This document shows, in pieces, positions 29,931 to 39,784 of a stretch of 64,000 nucleotides of DNA. This stretch comes from an uncultured Desulfosarcina sp. (GTDB taxonomy: Bacteria; Desulfobacterota; Desulfobacteria; Desulfobacterales; Desulfosarcinaceae). The stretch spans positions 1,376,001 to 1,440,000 of the forward strand of contig CAXXWQ010000003.1 of the NCBI GenBank assembly GCA_963674945.2, given 5' to 3'. A program made the translations under genes and the position numbers. The notes beneath the pieces are model-generated. The model worked only from the letters and a program-made list of their open reading frames with translations. It was not told the DNA's origin and searched no databases. Numbering within the stretch: position 1 is the stretch's first letter; every line of letters begins with the position of its first letter.

Positions 29931-30700
29931 ACCAGGAGGAAGAATTGACGACAAAAGACAGTCAACGGACATTTAAACTCATCGTGGAGTATGACGGTTC
30001 CCGGTTCCATGGGTGGCAGCGGCAAAAATACGATCGGACCGTCCAGGAAACCATCGAAAAGGCCCTTGCCATCATGACAAAAGAGACCGTCACCCTCATC
30101 GGTTCGGGCCGAACCGACGCCGGGGTCCATGCACTGGGCCAGGTGGCCGGTTTCAAGACAAGGTCCCATCTGGATGCCCAAACTTTCTTTAACGGTCTCA
30201 ACAGCTTGCTGCCCGATGATGTGGTCATCCGTGCCTGTGAACCCGCGCCCGGGGCGTTTCACGCCCGTTTCGACGTGACGTCCAAACACTACCGCTATCA
30301 TATCCTCAATCTTTCCCGGCCCCGTGCCATCGGCAGGCAGTTTTTCTGGCAGATACGAAAACCGCTGAACGTCCCTGCCATGAACGATGCCGCAGCAATC
30401 TTGTTGGGCACCCACGACTTCAAGGCATTCGAGGGAACGGGCAGCCCCCGCGCGCACACCATCCGTGCCGTGACCGAATCGGTGGTGAAACGCGACGACG
30501 ACGGCAAGTTGACCTATGATATCCGGGCCAATGGTTTCCTGCGGTTCATGGTGAGAAATATTATGGGCACCCTGGTGGAGGTGGGGCTGGGAAAGAGATC
30601 GGCTTCCGACGTGGAGACGATACTGCGGTCCAGGAACCGCGGCATGGCCGGTGCGACGGCCCCTGCGCGAGGGCTCTTCTTAATGGAAGTAATCTACTGA
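29927..30700 (+). CDS. truA: tRNA pseudouridine(38-40) synthase
   Basis: EYDGSRFHGWQRQ, GRTDAGVHA, FHARF, GFLRFMVRNIMG and APARGLFL motifs. Confidence 0.96.
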   Translation: MNQEEELTTKDSQRTFKLIVEYDGSRFHGWQRQKYDRTVQETIEKALAIMTKETVTLIGSGRTDAGVHALGQVAGFKTRSHLDAQTFFNGLNSLLPDDVVIRACEPAPGAFHARFDVTSKHYRYHILNLSRPRAIGRQFFWQIRKPLNVPAMNDAAAILLGTHDFKAFEGTGSPRAHTIRAVTESVVKRDDDGKLTYDIRANGFLRFMVRNIMGTLVEVGLGKRSASDVETILRSRNRGMAGATAPARGLFLMEVIY

Positions 30701-30823
30701 CGGCTTCGTAAAAAGTTCGAGATCAAGGATTGGGAATCCCGAGGAATGAGGCGTATTTGTGATACGTCGCAGTGACGAGGGATGAAGCGTAACGAAGATA
30801 TCGGACTTTTTACGAAGCCGTCA
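30698..30823. mobile_element. MITE-like element with 23-bp terminal inverted repeats
   Basis: TGACGGCTTCGTAAAAAGTTCGA ... TCGGACTTTTTACGAAGCCGTCA (22/23 match). Confidence 0.8.
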
Positions 30824-30853
30824 ATGTTCGACGTTTAACAAATCAACGCGTGG

Positions 30854-32455
30854 TCAACCGCCCTGATCGGCAACCGGGCACTGGTTCGTATGCTTGCATG
30901 CATGGTCGGCGAAACCGACGCCTGCCTCTTCGTAGAGTACGTATGCTGCATCGATACCGGCCTCTCGTAATATGGAAATTTCATCTTCATGTCGAACGGA
31001 AGCGGTAATCTGCCCTCTGTATCCGCGAGACTTCAACTGATCGATGGCAAAACGGCTGGCCTTTGGATCGGGAAGGGTCAGCATCACCAGGTCGATTCGA
31101 GTGGCTGACGGGTCGATCCCCTCCCAGAAATCACTGTCCGATGCATCTCCGAAAAAAGTCCGGCGTCCCTTTTTAAGGTGACGGTCAACGGTCTCCTGGC
31201 AGAAATCGACGCCTGCCACCACATCCCCGAACCGCCGCTGCATCTCATCATACGCAGCCGCACCGAGTCTGCCCATCCCGAAGATGATGATCCGAGGATC
31301 CGTTTGATTTTCGATGAACGCATGGTCGGGAAGGCGCGTGTTGCTTTCGAACCGTTTCAACGAAACCGCCCATCGGGCATAAAGCCTATGGATCGAAGCG
31401 TTGATGGAAGCGGCCATGACAAAGGTACAGGAAAGAGCGATGGCGATAATCATCAACCATTGCTGGTCGATCCACCCTGCGCCCACGCCGATGGCGGCAA
31501 CAATGAGTCCGAACTCGCTGTAATTGGCCAGACTCGCGGACGCGAGGAAGGCTGTACGCGCCCGAAGCCGAAAGCGGGACAGGACGCCGAAATACAAGGC
31601 CGCCTTCACCGGCATCACCATGGCAAGCAGCACCGCGATCCCCACGGCGGCCAGTGTCGGGGAACCGGAAATACCGATGTTCAGGAAAAACCCCACAAGA
31701 AAGAGATCTTTAAAACCGAGCAGCGCCTTGGCCAGTTCGGAGGCCTTTGGATGGGAAGCCACCAGCACGCCGAAAACCAGGGCCCCCAGGTCCCCTTTCA
31801 GTCCGACCAGTTCGAAGCTTTCGTATCCGGCAAAGGTCATGAGAATACCGAAAAGCATCAACAGTTCGCCGTGCCCGCACTTGGACATGAAGTTCAGCAG
31901 CAGCGGGCGAATCAAAATGAGTCCGGCAACGAGCGCCACGGCCCAGAGGCTCGGAATCTTTCCGGATGAGAAGGCGAGAAAGATCACTGCCACGATATCC
32001 TGCACGATGAGAATACCGATGGCAATGACGCCATGGCGCGAGGCCATCTCGTTCTTCTGTTCAAATACCTTGACGGCAAAGACCGTACTGGAAAAACTCA
32101 AGGCGAACGCGGCCAAAAATGCGGTCTGCCAGGTCAGCGAACGCAGCACCGGAAGGCCCAGGATTCCCAGCAGCACCATGCCGGTGCCGAAAATCGCCAC
32201 GGTGATTCCCATGTGGACCATAGAGCCGCCCCACACCTCCGGTCTGGCAAGACTCTTGAGCCTGAGTTTCAGACCGATGGAGAACAGCAAAAGGGTTACC
32301 CCCACATCGGCGATCAGTTCCAGTTGATCTCCGGCTTCGATACCCATGCCGTTTAAAATGAACCCGGCGACCAGGTACCCGACCAGGGGGGGGAGTCCGA
32401 TGTGGCTGGTAATCGCGCCAAAGATGAAGGCGGCAATGATCAGGATCGGATCCAT
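30854..32455 (-). CDS. Kef-type cation:proton antiporter with RCK/TrkA-N domain
   Basis: LPPLVGY, FSSTV, QD and SEF motifs; C-terminal GMGRLG and GDA. Confidence 0.9.
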   Translation of the reverse strand: MDPILIIAAFIFGAITSHIGLPPLVGYLVAGFILNGMGIEAGDQLELIADVGVTLLLFSIGLKLRLKSLARPEVWGGSMVHMGITVAIFGTGMVLLGILGLPVLRSLTWQTAFLAAFALSFSSTVFAVKVFEQKNEMASRHGVIAIGILIVQDIVAVIFLAFSSGKIPSLWAVALVAGLILIRPLLLNFMSKCGHGELLMLFGILMTFAGYESFELVGLKGDLGALVFGVLVASHPKASELAKALLGFKDLFLVGFFLNIGISGSPTLAAVGIAVLLAMVMPVKAALYFGVLSRFRLRARTAFLASASLANYSEFGLIVAAIGVGAGWIDQQWLMIIAIALSCTFVMAASINASIHRLYARWAVSLKRFESNTRLPDHAFIENQTDPRIIIFGMGRLGAAAYDEMQRRFGDVVAGVDFCQETVDRHLKKGRRTFFGDASDSDFWEGIDPSATRIDLVMLTLPDPKASRFAIDQLKSRGYRGQITASVRHEDEISILREAGIDAAYVLYEEAGVGFADHACKHTNQCPVADQGG

Positions 32456-32465
32456 GGAAAATTTC

Positions 32466-33089
32466 CTAATTCAAATTGAGCTTTATCAACGTTTCAGCCA
32501 ATTCACGGGAAAAGTCGGCCAAAACCACGCTCATGGCCTGGACCACGTGGGTCGCATCACTGCCGGCGGCATTCCGGGTGATGGTCGAATATCCCTGTCG
32601 TAAGAGATGACGGTCCTCGTTGTCGACGATGCGCCAGGAGGCCTTCAGGGTCACCTGCCCCGCAGCATCCGCATCGAAACGGAGCACGTCCACGGTCACC
32701 TTCACCCGGATATCATCGGAACGTTTCCATGGGTGGGAACGAATTAGGGGAGAGCCGGTCAAGGCCGTCAGATTCTCGGCCATCACCCGGGAGACGGTAA
32801 CCTGTAACGGCTCGGCCCATTGGTTGAAATCGTCTATGCGCAGTTCTTGTTCGTCCAAACGGAACACCATCTGTTGACGCTTCAGGTAGGGGGGGATGGC
32901 AATCGGTCCGACGCCAATGGGAATCGATCCCGGTCCATGTGCCGAATCCGGCTGGATTGCCGAATCCACGATGGATTCAATGAGGTAATAGCGTGTGCGT
33001 GAGGAGGTGGATGTTCCCAGGTTCACGCATGCGGCAAGGAAAATCGCTCCCCCCAAAATGACGATCCATTTGGCAATGTGCCTCTTCAT
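32466..33089 (-). CDS. PqiC-family lipoprotein
   Basis: Lipobox LAAC; TRYYLI, PPYL, WAEPL motifs. Confidence 0.88.
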   Translation of the reverse strand: MKRHIAKWIVILGGAIFLAACVNLGTSTSSRTRYYLIESIVDSAIQPDSAHGPGSIPIGVGPIAIPPYLKRQQMVFRLDEQELRIDDFNQWAEPLQVTVSRVMAENLTALTGSPLIRSHPWKRSDDIRVKVTVDVLRFDADAAGQVTLKASWRIVDNEDRHLLRQGYSTITRNAAGSDATHVVQAMSVVLADFSRELAETLIKLNLN

Positions 33090-34189
33090 TTCTCCTCCAT
33101 CGCCGTATCCGGTTGTCTGCCCTGGAGCAGCGACTCGGGATGCCGTCCCAGGTATTCGGCCAGAACGGTCAGTGCCGCAGCGGCCCTTTTTAATTCGCTC
33201 ATGGTTTCTCCGACGCGGTAGACGAACGAAGAATCCTCGTCCGAGAGATAGGCCAGGTTGTCCATTAACGTTTCTGCCCGTTGAAGGGCAGATACGGCGG
33301 CTGCGGTGGTCGCCTCCGTGTTGTCCATCACCGGTTGCAATCGCTGATGAAGGTCTGTAAGAATACGGCTCAAATCGGCAGCCGCATCGGTGATCCGGGT
33401 GGCCATGGGTGAAATCTCTCCGTCTGTTGTTTGAATCATTTTGCGAAGATCGGTAATCGCCGCATCGGCTGTCGTGGAAAGCTGCCCCACCCGCTGGTCC
33501 AGATTCTCGGCCAGTTGGCGGTACGCGACCAGTGTCTCGTTTACCGTTTCCATGGTCCGGTGCAGACCTTCGTCGCTTATCAGCCGTTCGATTCCCTTTG
33601 CCGAAGCCTGCAGTGATGCGGCAACCCCTTCCACATCGATTTTGTCCAGGGTTTTGGCGAGTGCATCCATGTCCGATGGCAGCGTGGGAAGCTCAACATA
33701 TTCGTCGTCGAAATTCATCAGCTTCACTTCCGTTCCCGGATAGAAGTCAAAGGCCACCAGAAGCTGGCCGGTAACGATACTCTGGAGCTGCAACTTGCCG
33801 CGGAGCCCGTTTTCGATCATCTGGTGGACGGCGGTATACGATGTAAGCCGCTTCTTTTCCGGTTTTTGCTTGCTGGCCCCGCCGGTCATCATGACCGACC
33901 CTTCGGGGACTTCGAAAATCACCTGGTTCAAGAAGGAGTCGTTGTCCTTGTTGTAGACGAGATGAACCTCCTTGACATGCCCCATGGCCACACCTTTCAG
34001 CTGGACGGGAGCCCCCACGCTCAATCCCTTGACCGATCCGGTAAAATACATCACATATCTGTAGGAATGCTGGAAAAAGTTCCCACTACCCAGAAACAGG
34101 ACGCCCATGGTAACGATGATGACAGCACCGATGATGAACGCACCGATGAGTGTAGGATTGACGGATTTTCCCATAATCTTATTGCTCAT
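33086..34189 (-). CDS. MCE/MlaD family protein
   Basis: N-terminal TM, SVKGLSVGAPV MCE motif, coiled coil, HPESLLQGR terminus. Confidence 0.9.
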   Translation of the reverse strand: MSNKIMGKSVNPTLIGAFIIGAVIIVTMGVLFLGSGNFFQHSYRYVMYFTGSVKGLSVGAPVQLKGVAMGHVKEVHLVYNKDNDSFLNQVIFEVPEGSVMMTGGASKQKPEKKRLTSYTAVHQMIENGLRGKLQLQSIVTGQLLVAFDFYPGTEVKLMNFDDEYVELPTLPSDMDALAKTLDKIDVEGVAASLQASAKGIERLISDEGLHRTMETVNETLVAYRQLAENLDQRVGQLSTTADAAITDLRKMIQTTDGEISPMATRITDAAADLSRILTDLHQRLQPVMDNTEATTAAAVSALQRAETLMDNLAYLSDEDSSFVYRVGETMSELKRAAAALTVLAEYLGRHPESLLQGRQPDTAMEEK

Positions 34190-34971
34190 CTTTCCCTTCC
34201 GTCTTTCTCCCCTCGGGTCAAAAATCGTATCACGCCGGGGTTTTCCGCCTTCGCCAACATCTCTTTTGGATCACCGGTGGCAGCGGCCGTTTGTGTATCG
34301 GTGTCCAAAAACACGCCGTTGTTGGCAATGGCGAAAATGCTGGGAAGTTCATGGGTGACGATGATTACCGTAGTGCCCATGCTATGGTTGATCTCCAGGA
34401 TCAGATCATCGAGGTTTTTCGCACTCACAGGGTCCAATCCCGCAGACGGCTCGTCGAAGAAGAGAACTTCGGGGTCCAGTGCCATTGCCCGGGCGAGACC
34501 GGCGCGTTTTCGCATCCCCCCGGAAATCTGGGATGGATAATAGCCGGAGAAACCGGAAAGGCCGACCAGCGACAATTTGAAGCGAACCATCTGTCGAATC
34601 TGCCGTTTTGTAAGATCGGTGTAGAGTTCCATGGGAAGCCCGACGTTCTCTTCCAGCGTCATGGAACTCCACAGCGCGCCACTCTGGTAAAGAATTCCGA
34701 AACGCCGCATCATACGATCACGCGCCTCGGCCGGCAAAGACCAGAAATCCTCGTCGCCGTATTTTACCCAGCCGGCATGGGGGGGCTTCAACCCCACCAG
34801 GATTCGCATCAAGGTACTCTTTCCGCACCCGCTCCCCCCCATGATGGCAAACACATCGCCCCGGTAGACGGTAAAATCCAGGTCTCTCATGAGGATCAAA
34901 TCATCGTACCCCATTGTCAGTGTCCCCACCGTAATATGGGGGTTTCGATGTTTTCTGTCGTCTTCTGCCAT
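34186..34971 (-). CDS. MlaF/Mkl-like ABC ATPase
   Basis: GGSGCGKST, ISGGMRKR, FFDEPSAGLDP and VTHE motifs. Confidence 0.92.
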   Translation of the reverse strand: MAEDDRKHRNPHITVGTLTMGYDDLILMRDLDFTVYRGDVFAIMGGSGCGKSTLMRILVGLKPPHAGWVKYGDEDFWSLPAEARDRMMRRFGILYQSGALWSSMTLEENVGLPMELYTDLTKRQIRQMVRFKLSLVGLSGFSGYYPSQISGGMRKRAGLARAMALDPEVLFFDEPSAGLDPVSAKNLDDLILEINHSMGTTVIIVTHELPSIFAIANNGVFLDTDTQTAAATGDPKEMLAKAENPGVIRFLTRGEKDGRER

Positions 34972-35071
34972 CTTTACCAATGTTTAGCGGGAAATAGAAA
35001 CATTTTTCAGCATACACGAATATGCGAAAATTGTAATCCGCGTAATCGTACGGGTCCGTGGAAAATCACCA

Positions 35072-35467
35072 CTAGAGAGATGGTGTCTTCAGGTTGAGAT
35101 AGGATACCATGGGATCAAAATCGCGATCATCATGCAGTAGCGACAATCCCTCCATGATACAAAACGTCCCGATGATCACATCGGTTGTTTTTCGAATGAC
35201 AACACCTGTTTTTTTTAGGGTTCTGTAATTTCAAGCGCTTTGGACAGCGACTTCATATCCTCCGATTTGCCGGAATTGAAGCGCACCGAGCAAATCCTTG
35301 GCGGTTTCATAATCGCGATCTGTTTTGAACCCCTGAAGGACTTCTGCCATAATCAAATCCCCAATAATGATGGGAGTATTGGAAAGGTAATTGTCCAGCA
35401 GGTCCGTCTGCCAGGTTGAAAGACCGTTGAAATAACCGATCCATACGGAGGCGTCGACCAAAATCAT
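35072..35467 (-). pseudogene. vapC: VapC (PIN) toxin interrupted by an in-frame TGA
   Basis: ILVDASVW...EVLQG...VQSA*NYRTLKK...TTDVIIGTFCI...LLHDDRDF; the frame continues to TAG at 35072. Confidence 0.88.
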
Positions 35468-35658
35468 TGATCGAGCCTCATGGCCTCTATGTCATCATCC
35501 CATTTCAGTTTTCCACGGAAGAGCCTGATCCGTTCCTGTTTTTTGATATGGACCAGAAGTCTGAGCCCTTTTTCGACTACGGCCTTTTTGGTTTTTGTTT
35601 TGCTGAGTGCCATGGCCTCATTAATCAGTTCGTCGTCGATAACGATGTTGGTTCGCAT
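35464..35658 (-). CDS. vapB: VapB antitoxin
   Basis: MRTNIVIDDELI...TKKAVVE motif; stop overlaps vapC start. Confidence 0.9.
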   Translation of the reverse strand: MRTNIVIDDELINEAMALSKTKTKKAVVEKGLRLLVHIKKQERIRLFRGKLKWDDDIEAMRLDQ

Positions 35659-35676
35659 ATTTCCGCCCTCTTCTGA

Positions 35677-35720
35677 ATGTGTATCAATTTGATAATATAT
35701 ACACATCCAATCCGTGTCAA
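35677..35720 (-). promoter_or_regulatory. sigma70 promoter and operator of vapBC
   Basis: TTGACA-17nt-TATTAT, overlapped by inverted repeat ATGTGTAT...ATACACAT. Confidence 0.7.
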
Positions 35721-35810
35721 AAATATTGTTGTCTGATTGATTGGGCAAACGAGTGTTGGATGTAAATAATATCGTTGATTTATACGTATTTCTGCACTAT
35801 TTCGCATTGT

Positions 35811-36776
35811 TCATAAGAAGGTTCCAATCAAATATACAGTGTAGCTAAGGTAGCAAAACAGCAGAGCACCTCCCTCGATGCGGTTGACGCGCCCGGGACC
35901 TCGAAAACCGTAGCCGATGATGAACAGGGATGTGGTCAACCCAGCCATGACCATCATGTCCCGTGAGAAAACTTCATGCCCGACAGCTATCGGATGGATT
36001 GTTCCGGCGATACCCACTACTGCCAGGGTATTGAACAGGTTCGAGCCAAGCACGTTACCGAATGCAATATCGTGTTCGCCTTTACGGGTGGCAATGACCG
36101 ATGAGGCCAGTTCCGGCAGAGAAGTGCCGACGGCGACAATGGTTAGGCCGATCACCAGATCGCTGACCCCCAGGCTTTGGGCAATGATCACCGCACCCCA
36201 TACCAATATCCTGGAACTGGCGATCAGGAGAATCAGACCTATCCCGAGCCATAAGACCGCTCTGTAAAGCGGTATGGAGGAGGTGGATAGATCCTGTTCG
36301 ATTTCACTCCCAAAGGTATCGGGGCGCTTATGCGTCCCTTGCCGGATTGTCCAGACCATTAACGCACCGAATATAAACAGCAGGAGCAAGGATTCAACGC
36401 GGGTGATCTTTCCGTCCCAAAGCTGCCAGGAAGCCAATACCGTCACGGCGGTGAGGATTGGAAGTTCCTTGCGCAACACTTGCGAATGAACTGTGATAGG
36501 GTTGATCAAGGCCGTTATGCCAAGTATGAGCGCGATGTTCGCAATGTTCGATCCATAGGCGTTTCCCAAAGCGATACCAGGGTTACCTTGCATTGCTGCC
36601 ATAGCAGAAACCGCCATTTCCGGAGTGGATGTGCCAAAACCGACGATCACCATGCCGATTAATAAAGGTGACATGCCGAAATGGTGTGCGATAGCGGAAG
36701 ATCCTTCCACGAAACGGTCGGCACTCCAAATCAGCAAAACAAGACCTATTACAATCGAAAAAAGGGTAAATATCAT
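35811..36776 (-). CDS. Calcium/sodium antiporter (CaCA, YrbG-like)
   Basis: Two alpha repeats GTSTPE...GSN and GTSLPE...GSN. Confidence 0.93.
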   Translation of the reverse strand: MIFTLFSIVIGLVLLIWSADRFVEGSSAIAHHFGMSPLLIGMVIVGFGTSTPEMAVSAMAAMQGNPGIALGNAYGSNIANIALILGITALINPITVHSQVLRKELPILTAVTVLASWQLWDGKITRVESLLLLFIFGALMVWTIRQGTHKRPDTFGSEIEQDLSTSSIPLYRAVLWLGIGLILLIASSRILVWGAVIIAQSLGVSDLVIGLTIVAVGTSLPELASSVIATRKGEHDIAFGNVLGSNLFNTLAVVGIAGTIHPIAVGHEVFSRDMMVMAGLTTSLFIIGYGFRGPGRVNRIEGGALLFCYLSYTVYLIGTFL

Positions 36777-36920
36777 TGTCCTTATTTATGCTCCTTTTTT
36801 AACAAAATGATAGCTTGCTTCTTTATTGAGAAAACAGTATAAGCACCGGCGCTTTCATTACATATCGAATCGTATACGTCCTTTACATTTATTTTTTGCA
36901 TCGTGCAATTTTGAGGTTAT

Positions 36921-37145
36921 TTGGTTCTAAACGCATCGAATTTTGGCAAATCAAAAACTCTAAATGACAATTTTTCCTTGGCTAAGCATGATGTTGTGGT
37001 TTTTGTCGACGCCGATGTGATTATCTCTCGAAAACCATTGACTGACGCCATTGCGCGGTTGCAACGTAAGAACGTTGGAGCTGTTAGCTGTCCTTACCGT
37101 GCCATTAATCAAGGTTTTACTCCTCTGATGCAGACGATCGAGTAA
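36921..37145 (+). pseudogene. Glycosyltransferase family 2 fragment
   Basis: GKSKTLN...VVFVDAD...VGAVS...MQTIE, an internal GT2 segment with no N- or C-terminus. Confidence 0.65.
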
Positions 37146-37190
37146 AAGTTGAATAGAGTTTTTGTCACTTTTAGCTATATCGATCGTCGG

Positions 37191-38876
37191 CTATCGAGGC
37201 TGGTGCAATTGGGCTGCCAACAAATCATTGTGGCTTACAATACCCACCAGCATGGAGGGATTGTCCTGTGCCACCACCAGCAGGAATGTGGCTTGCGGAT
37301 GATTTTTCAGTTTGAGTATAGCCGCTTGGAGGGTATCTTCCGGGGTCACTTTCAGGTAGACATCGGTGGCGATTTCAGCCGCGACGACTAAATGTCGCAG
37401 GCCCGGATCGAAAAGGGTATCCGAAACATCTGCAAATCTCACAACCCCGACGAGCTCATCACTGTCATCGACTACCGGTACGCTATCATAGCTGGAATGG
37501 CCAAGGGTCTTTACCACTTCATCGAACGGCGCCCTGTGGGATAATACCTCCACGTTTCGACGCATGATGTGGGATACCCGGATATCACCTGGCGGATTCC
37601 GTCGCACAATTGGAGAGAGACCCAGGGATCGCAAAAATTCGCCGAAGACACGTCGCAATCCATCGCCATAGCCTACCGGACTGCGCTTACCGAGTAGATT
37701 CAGAACCGTTATCTCACCGGCATTGACCAGCGAAGTGCGGGTAAGCAGGGGGCCAACCATCTCGAACACCACCACCGACGCCAGGATCAACGTCTGTAGA
37801 GTCTTGCCCGGACCCGGCCACTCCGTCGCCAAAACATTGGATAAACCGATTACCAGGCCGGCTTGTGCCAGCATGGCTGGGCCCAGCCAGTTTCTGATGG
37901 TTATGTTCATCCCAGCCGCCCTGGCCCCTGTCCGGCATCCGATGAATTTTCCCGCGCTTCGTGCAACTATATAAACCAAACCGATGACTCCCATGTGGAA
38001 AAGGGCTTCGAGATGGAGTTCTGCTCCGGCCATGATGAAAAACAGCACATAAAATGGATAATCGATTCCCGATAGTTCTTCGAGCATTCGCGGGCCGTGG
38101 GGGGCGGTGTTCACGGCAACGACGCCGGCGACCAGGACGCTCAGCATAGCTGATAAATGGAAATACGAAGCTGCACCGGTGGCAAGGGCAACAGCTCCCA
38201 ATACCAGCATTTGTCGTTCCACCTGACGGGTGAAACGCTGATCCATGACAGCGATAAAAGTTCCAGCAAGGACACCCAGTCCGAGAGGACCCAAAAGTTG
38301 GATCACCGTTTTCCAAAATGACGGGGAAGTGGATAATCCGTAATGTTTCAGCAATATGAATGCGATGATCGACAATAGATTGTTGATACCGATGAGCGGC
38401 AGAATGGTGTCGGTCAGTGATCCCCGCGATTGATATTCGCGCATTACCATTTGGGTGGCGGCCGGAGCAGTGGTGATCGCCATCACGGAAAGGAAGCCTG
38501 CTTCCAGCGGCGATACTCCCATTAACAAGGTCCCCAACCAGACAAGAAGTGCGCTCAAACCGATTTCAAATGCACTGAGACGAAATAGCCTCGATCCCAT
38601 TTTCCGAATGGTTTTCAAGCGGAAGCTGCCGCCGATGGTAAATACAATCAAGCTGAGAATCATATCATGCAGCGGGGAAAGTGTGGCAAGTTGTGCCTTT
38701 GTAACGATAGCGGGCAACCCTAAAATCTCACCGGTATAAGGGCCCGTCGCCAGACCGACCAAAAGGTATCCGGTGACGCGGGGAATTCCCAAAGCGGCGC
38801 TCAGGCGGCCAACGCCGATTGCGAAAATATACAGAACACCTATGGTCAAGAGCAGGGGGAACATTTGAATTTCCAC
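37191..38876 (-). CDS. Cation:proton antiporter with C-terminal CBS domains
   Basis: PRVTGY, TAPAAT and QAGL motifs plus a CBS pair. Confidence 0.9.
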   Translation of the reverse strand: MEIQMFPLLLTIGVLYIFAIGVGRLSAALGIPRVTGYLLVGLATGPYTGEILGLPAIVTKAQLATLSPLHDMILSLIVFTIGGSFRLKTIRKMGSRLFRLSAFEIGLSALLVWLGTLLMGVSPLEAGFLSVMAITTAPAATQMVMREYQSRGSLTDTILPLIGINNLLSIIAFILLKHYGLSTSPSFWKTVIQLLGPLGLGVLAGTFIAVMDQRFTRQVERQMLVLGAVALATGAASYFHLSAMLSVLVAGVVAVNTAPHGPRMLEELSGIDYPFYVLFFIMAGAELHLEALFHMGVIGLVYIVARSAGKFIGCRTGARAAGMNITIRNWLGPAMLAQAGLVIGLSNVLATEWPGPGKTLQTLILASVVVFEMVGPLLTRTSLVNAGEITVLNLLGKRSPVGYGDGLRRVFGEFLRSLGLSPIVRRNPPGDIRVSHIMRRNVEVLSHRAPFDEVVKTLGHSSYDSVPVVDDSDELVGVVRFADVSDTLFDPGLRHLVVAAEIATDVYLKVTPEDTLQAAILKLKNHPQATFLLVVAQDNPSMLVGIVSHNDLLAAQLHQPR

Positions 38877-39102
38877 AAATTACATCGCTTGTTGAAGTTT
38901 TTTTAATCACGGTTCTCGGACGAAAGCAACCGATATGATAGAAACAAGCCCCCTCCATCCACACGTAATCTGATCAAAGAATATATCTATTTTCAGAATT
39001 ATGGTATGCTGAGGGCAAGGATCTTCTTTATAACCTATAAGAATATAACAAAACTTGGTTTTGAGTTTTTTGCTGACTCCTTTCATATCTTGAGGCTGAT
39101 GA

Positions 39103-39162
39103 ATACAACCTCGGTCTGAAGTGGTTCGAGGACCATGCACCCGCTGAGACCAGACATATGGC
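39103..39162 (+). other. Degenerate integron attC-like site
   Basis: ATACAAC ... GGTCTGAAGTGG / CCGCTGAGACC inner stem ... CATATGG (eroded R'). Confidence 0.4.
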
Positions 39163-39176
39163 AGAAATGATATCAC

Positions 39177-39665
39177 ATGAAAATAAGAAAAGCATCCAGT
39201 GCTGACAAAGAAAATATTTCGAGGCTACATGTTGCATCAATCAGAAGACTGTGTGCCAGCCACTATACCCCTGAACAGTTAAATGATTGGACCAGCGTTC
39301 TTACTCCTTCTGCCTATGACCAGGCTCTGAAAGAAAAGGAGTTTTTAGTTGCTTCCAATTCACAACACGCACTGCTGGGACTCGGAATCTTTGACATTAG
39401 AAACGCAGAAGTCAGCGCAATTTATATTCATCCGGATGCTGCCGGAAGGGGAATTGGGTCGAAACTTCTTAACGAACTTGAGAAGATTGCCCGAAACAGC
39501 AATATCCTTACAATCACAGTTCATTCTACACTCAATGCAAAAGGCTTCTATATTGCGCACGGATATTCAGAACAAGAATTGACGTTTCACAATTTGCCGA
39601 ACGGAGTAAAGCTTGCGTGTGCCAGAATGTTTAAGATTCTACCGAAGGTTGCCGAACGGTATTGA
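39177..39665 (+). CDS. GNAT N-acetyltransferase (cassette-like)
   Basis: AIYIHPDAAGRGIGSKL and NAKGFY motifs; ends inside an attC-like site. Confidence 0.9.
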   Translation: MKIRKASSADKENISRLHVASIRRLCASHYTPEQLNDWTSVLTPSAYDQALKEKEFLVASNSQHALLGLGIFDIRNAEVSAIYIHPDAAGRGIGSKLLNELEKIARNSNILTITVHSTLNAKGFYIAHGYSEQELTFHNLPNGVKLACARMFKILPKVAERY

Positions 39666-39708
39666 GAGCGACGGCAAAATCCGCAACGCTACATGCCGGG
39701 CGTTCGGC
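39651..39708 (+). other. Integron attC-like recombination site
   Basis: GCCGAAC ... GTTCGGC perfectly complementary R boxes, 58 bp, at the gene end. Confidence 0.6.
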
Positions 39709-39784
39709 GTTTAAATGAAAGAGTTATGAATCATGGAAGATAAATAATTGAAGGATTACCTTTTTTATTGATTGTTAAGGAGAG

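Noticed and set aside
35003..35030. dif/pdif-like site next to vapBC
   Set aside because: Only partial XerC/XerD arm similarity and wrong spacer length
35231..35233. Selenocysteine recoding of the vapC TGA
   Set aside because: The position is not a Cys/redox site in PIN domains and I see no convincing SECIS hairpin downstream
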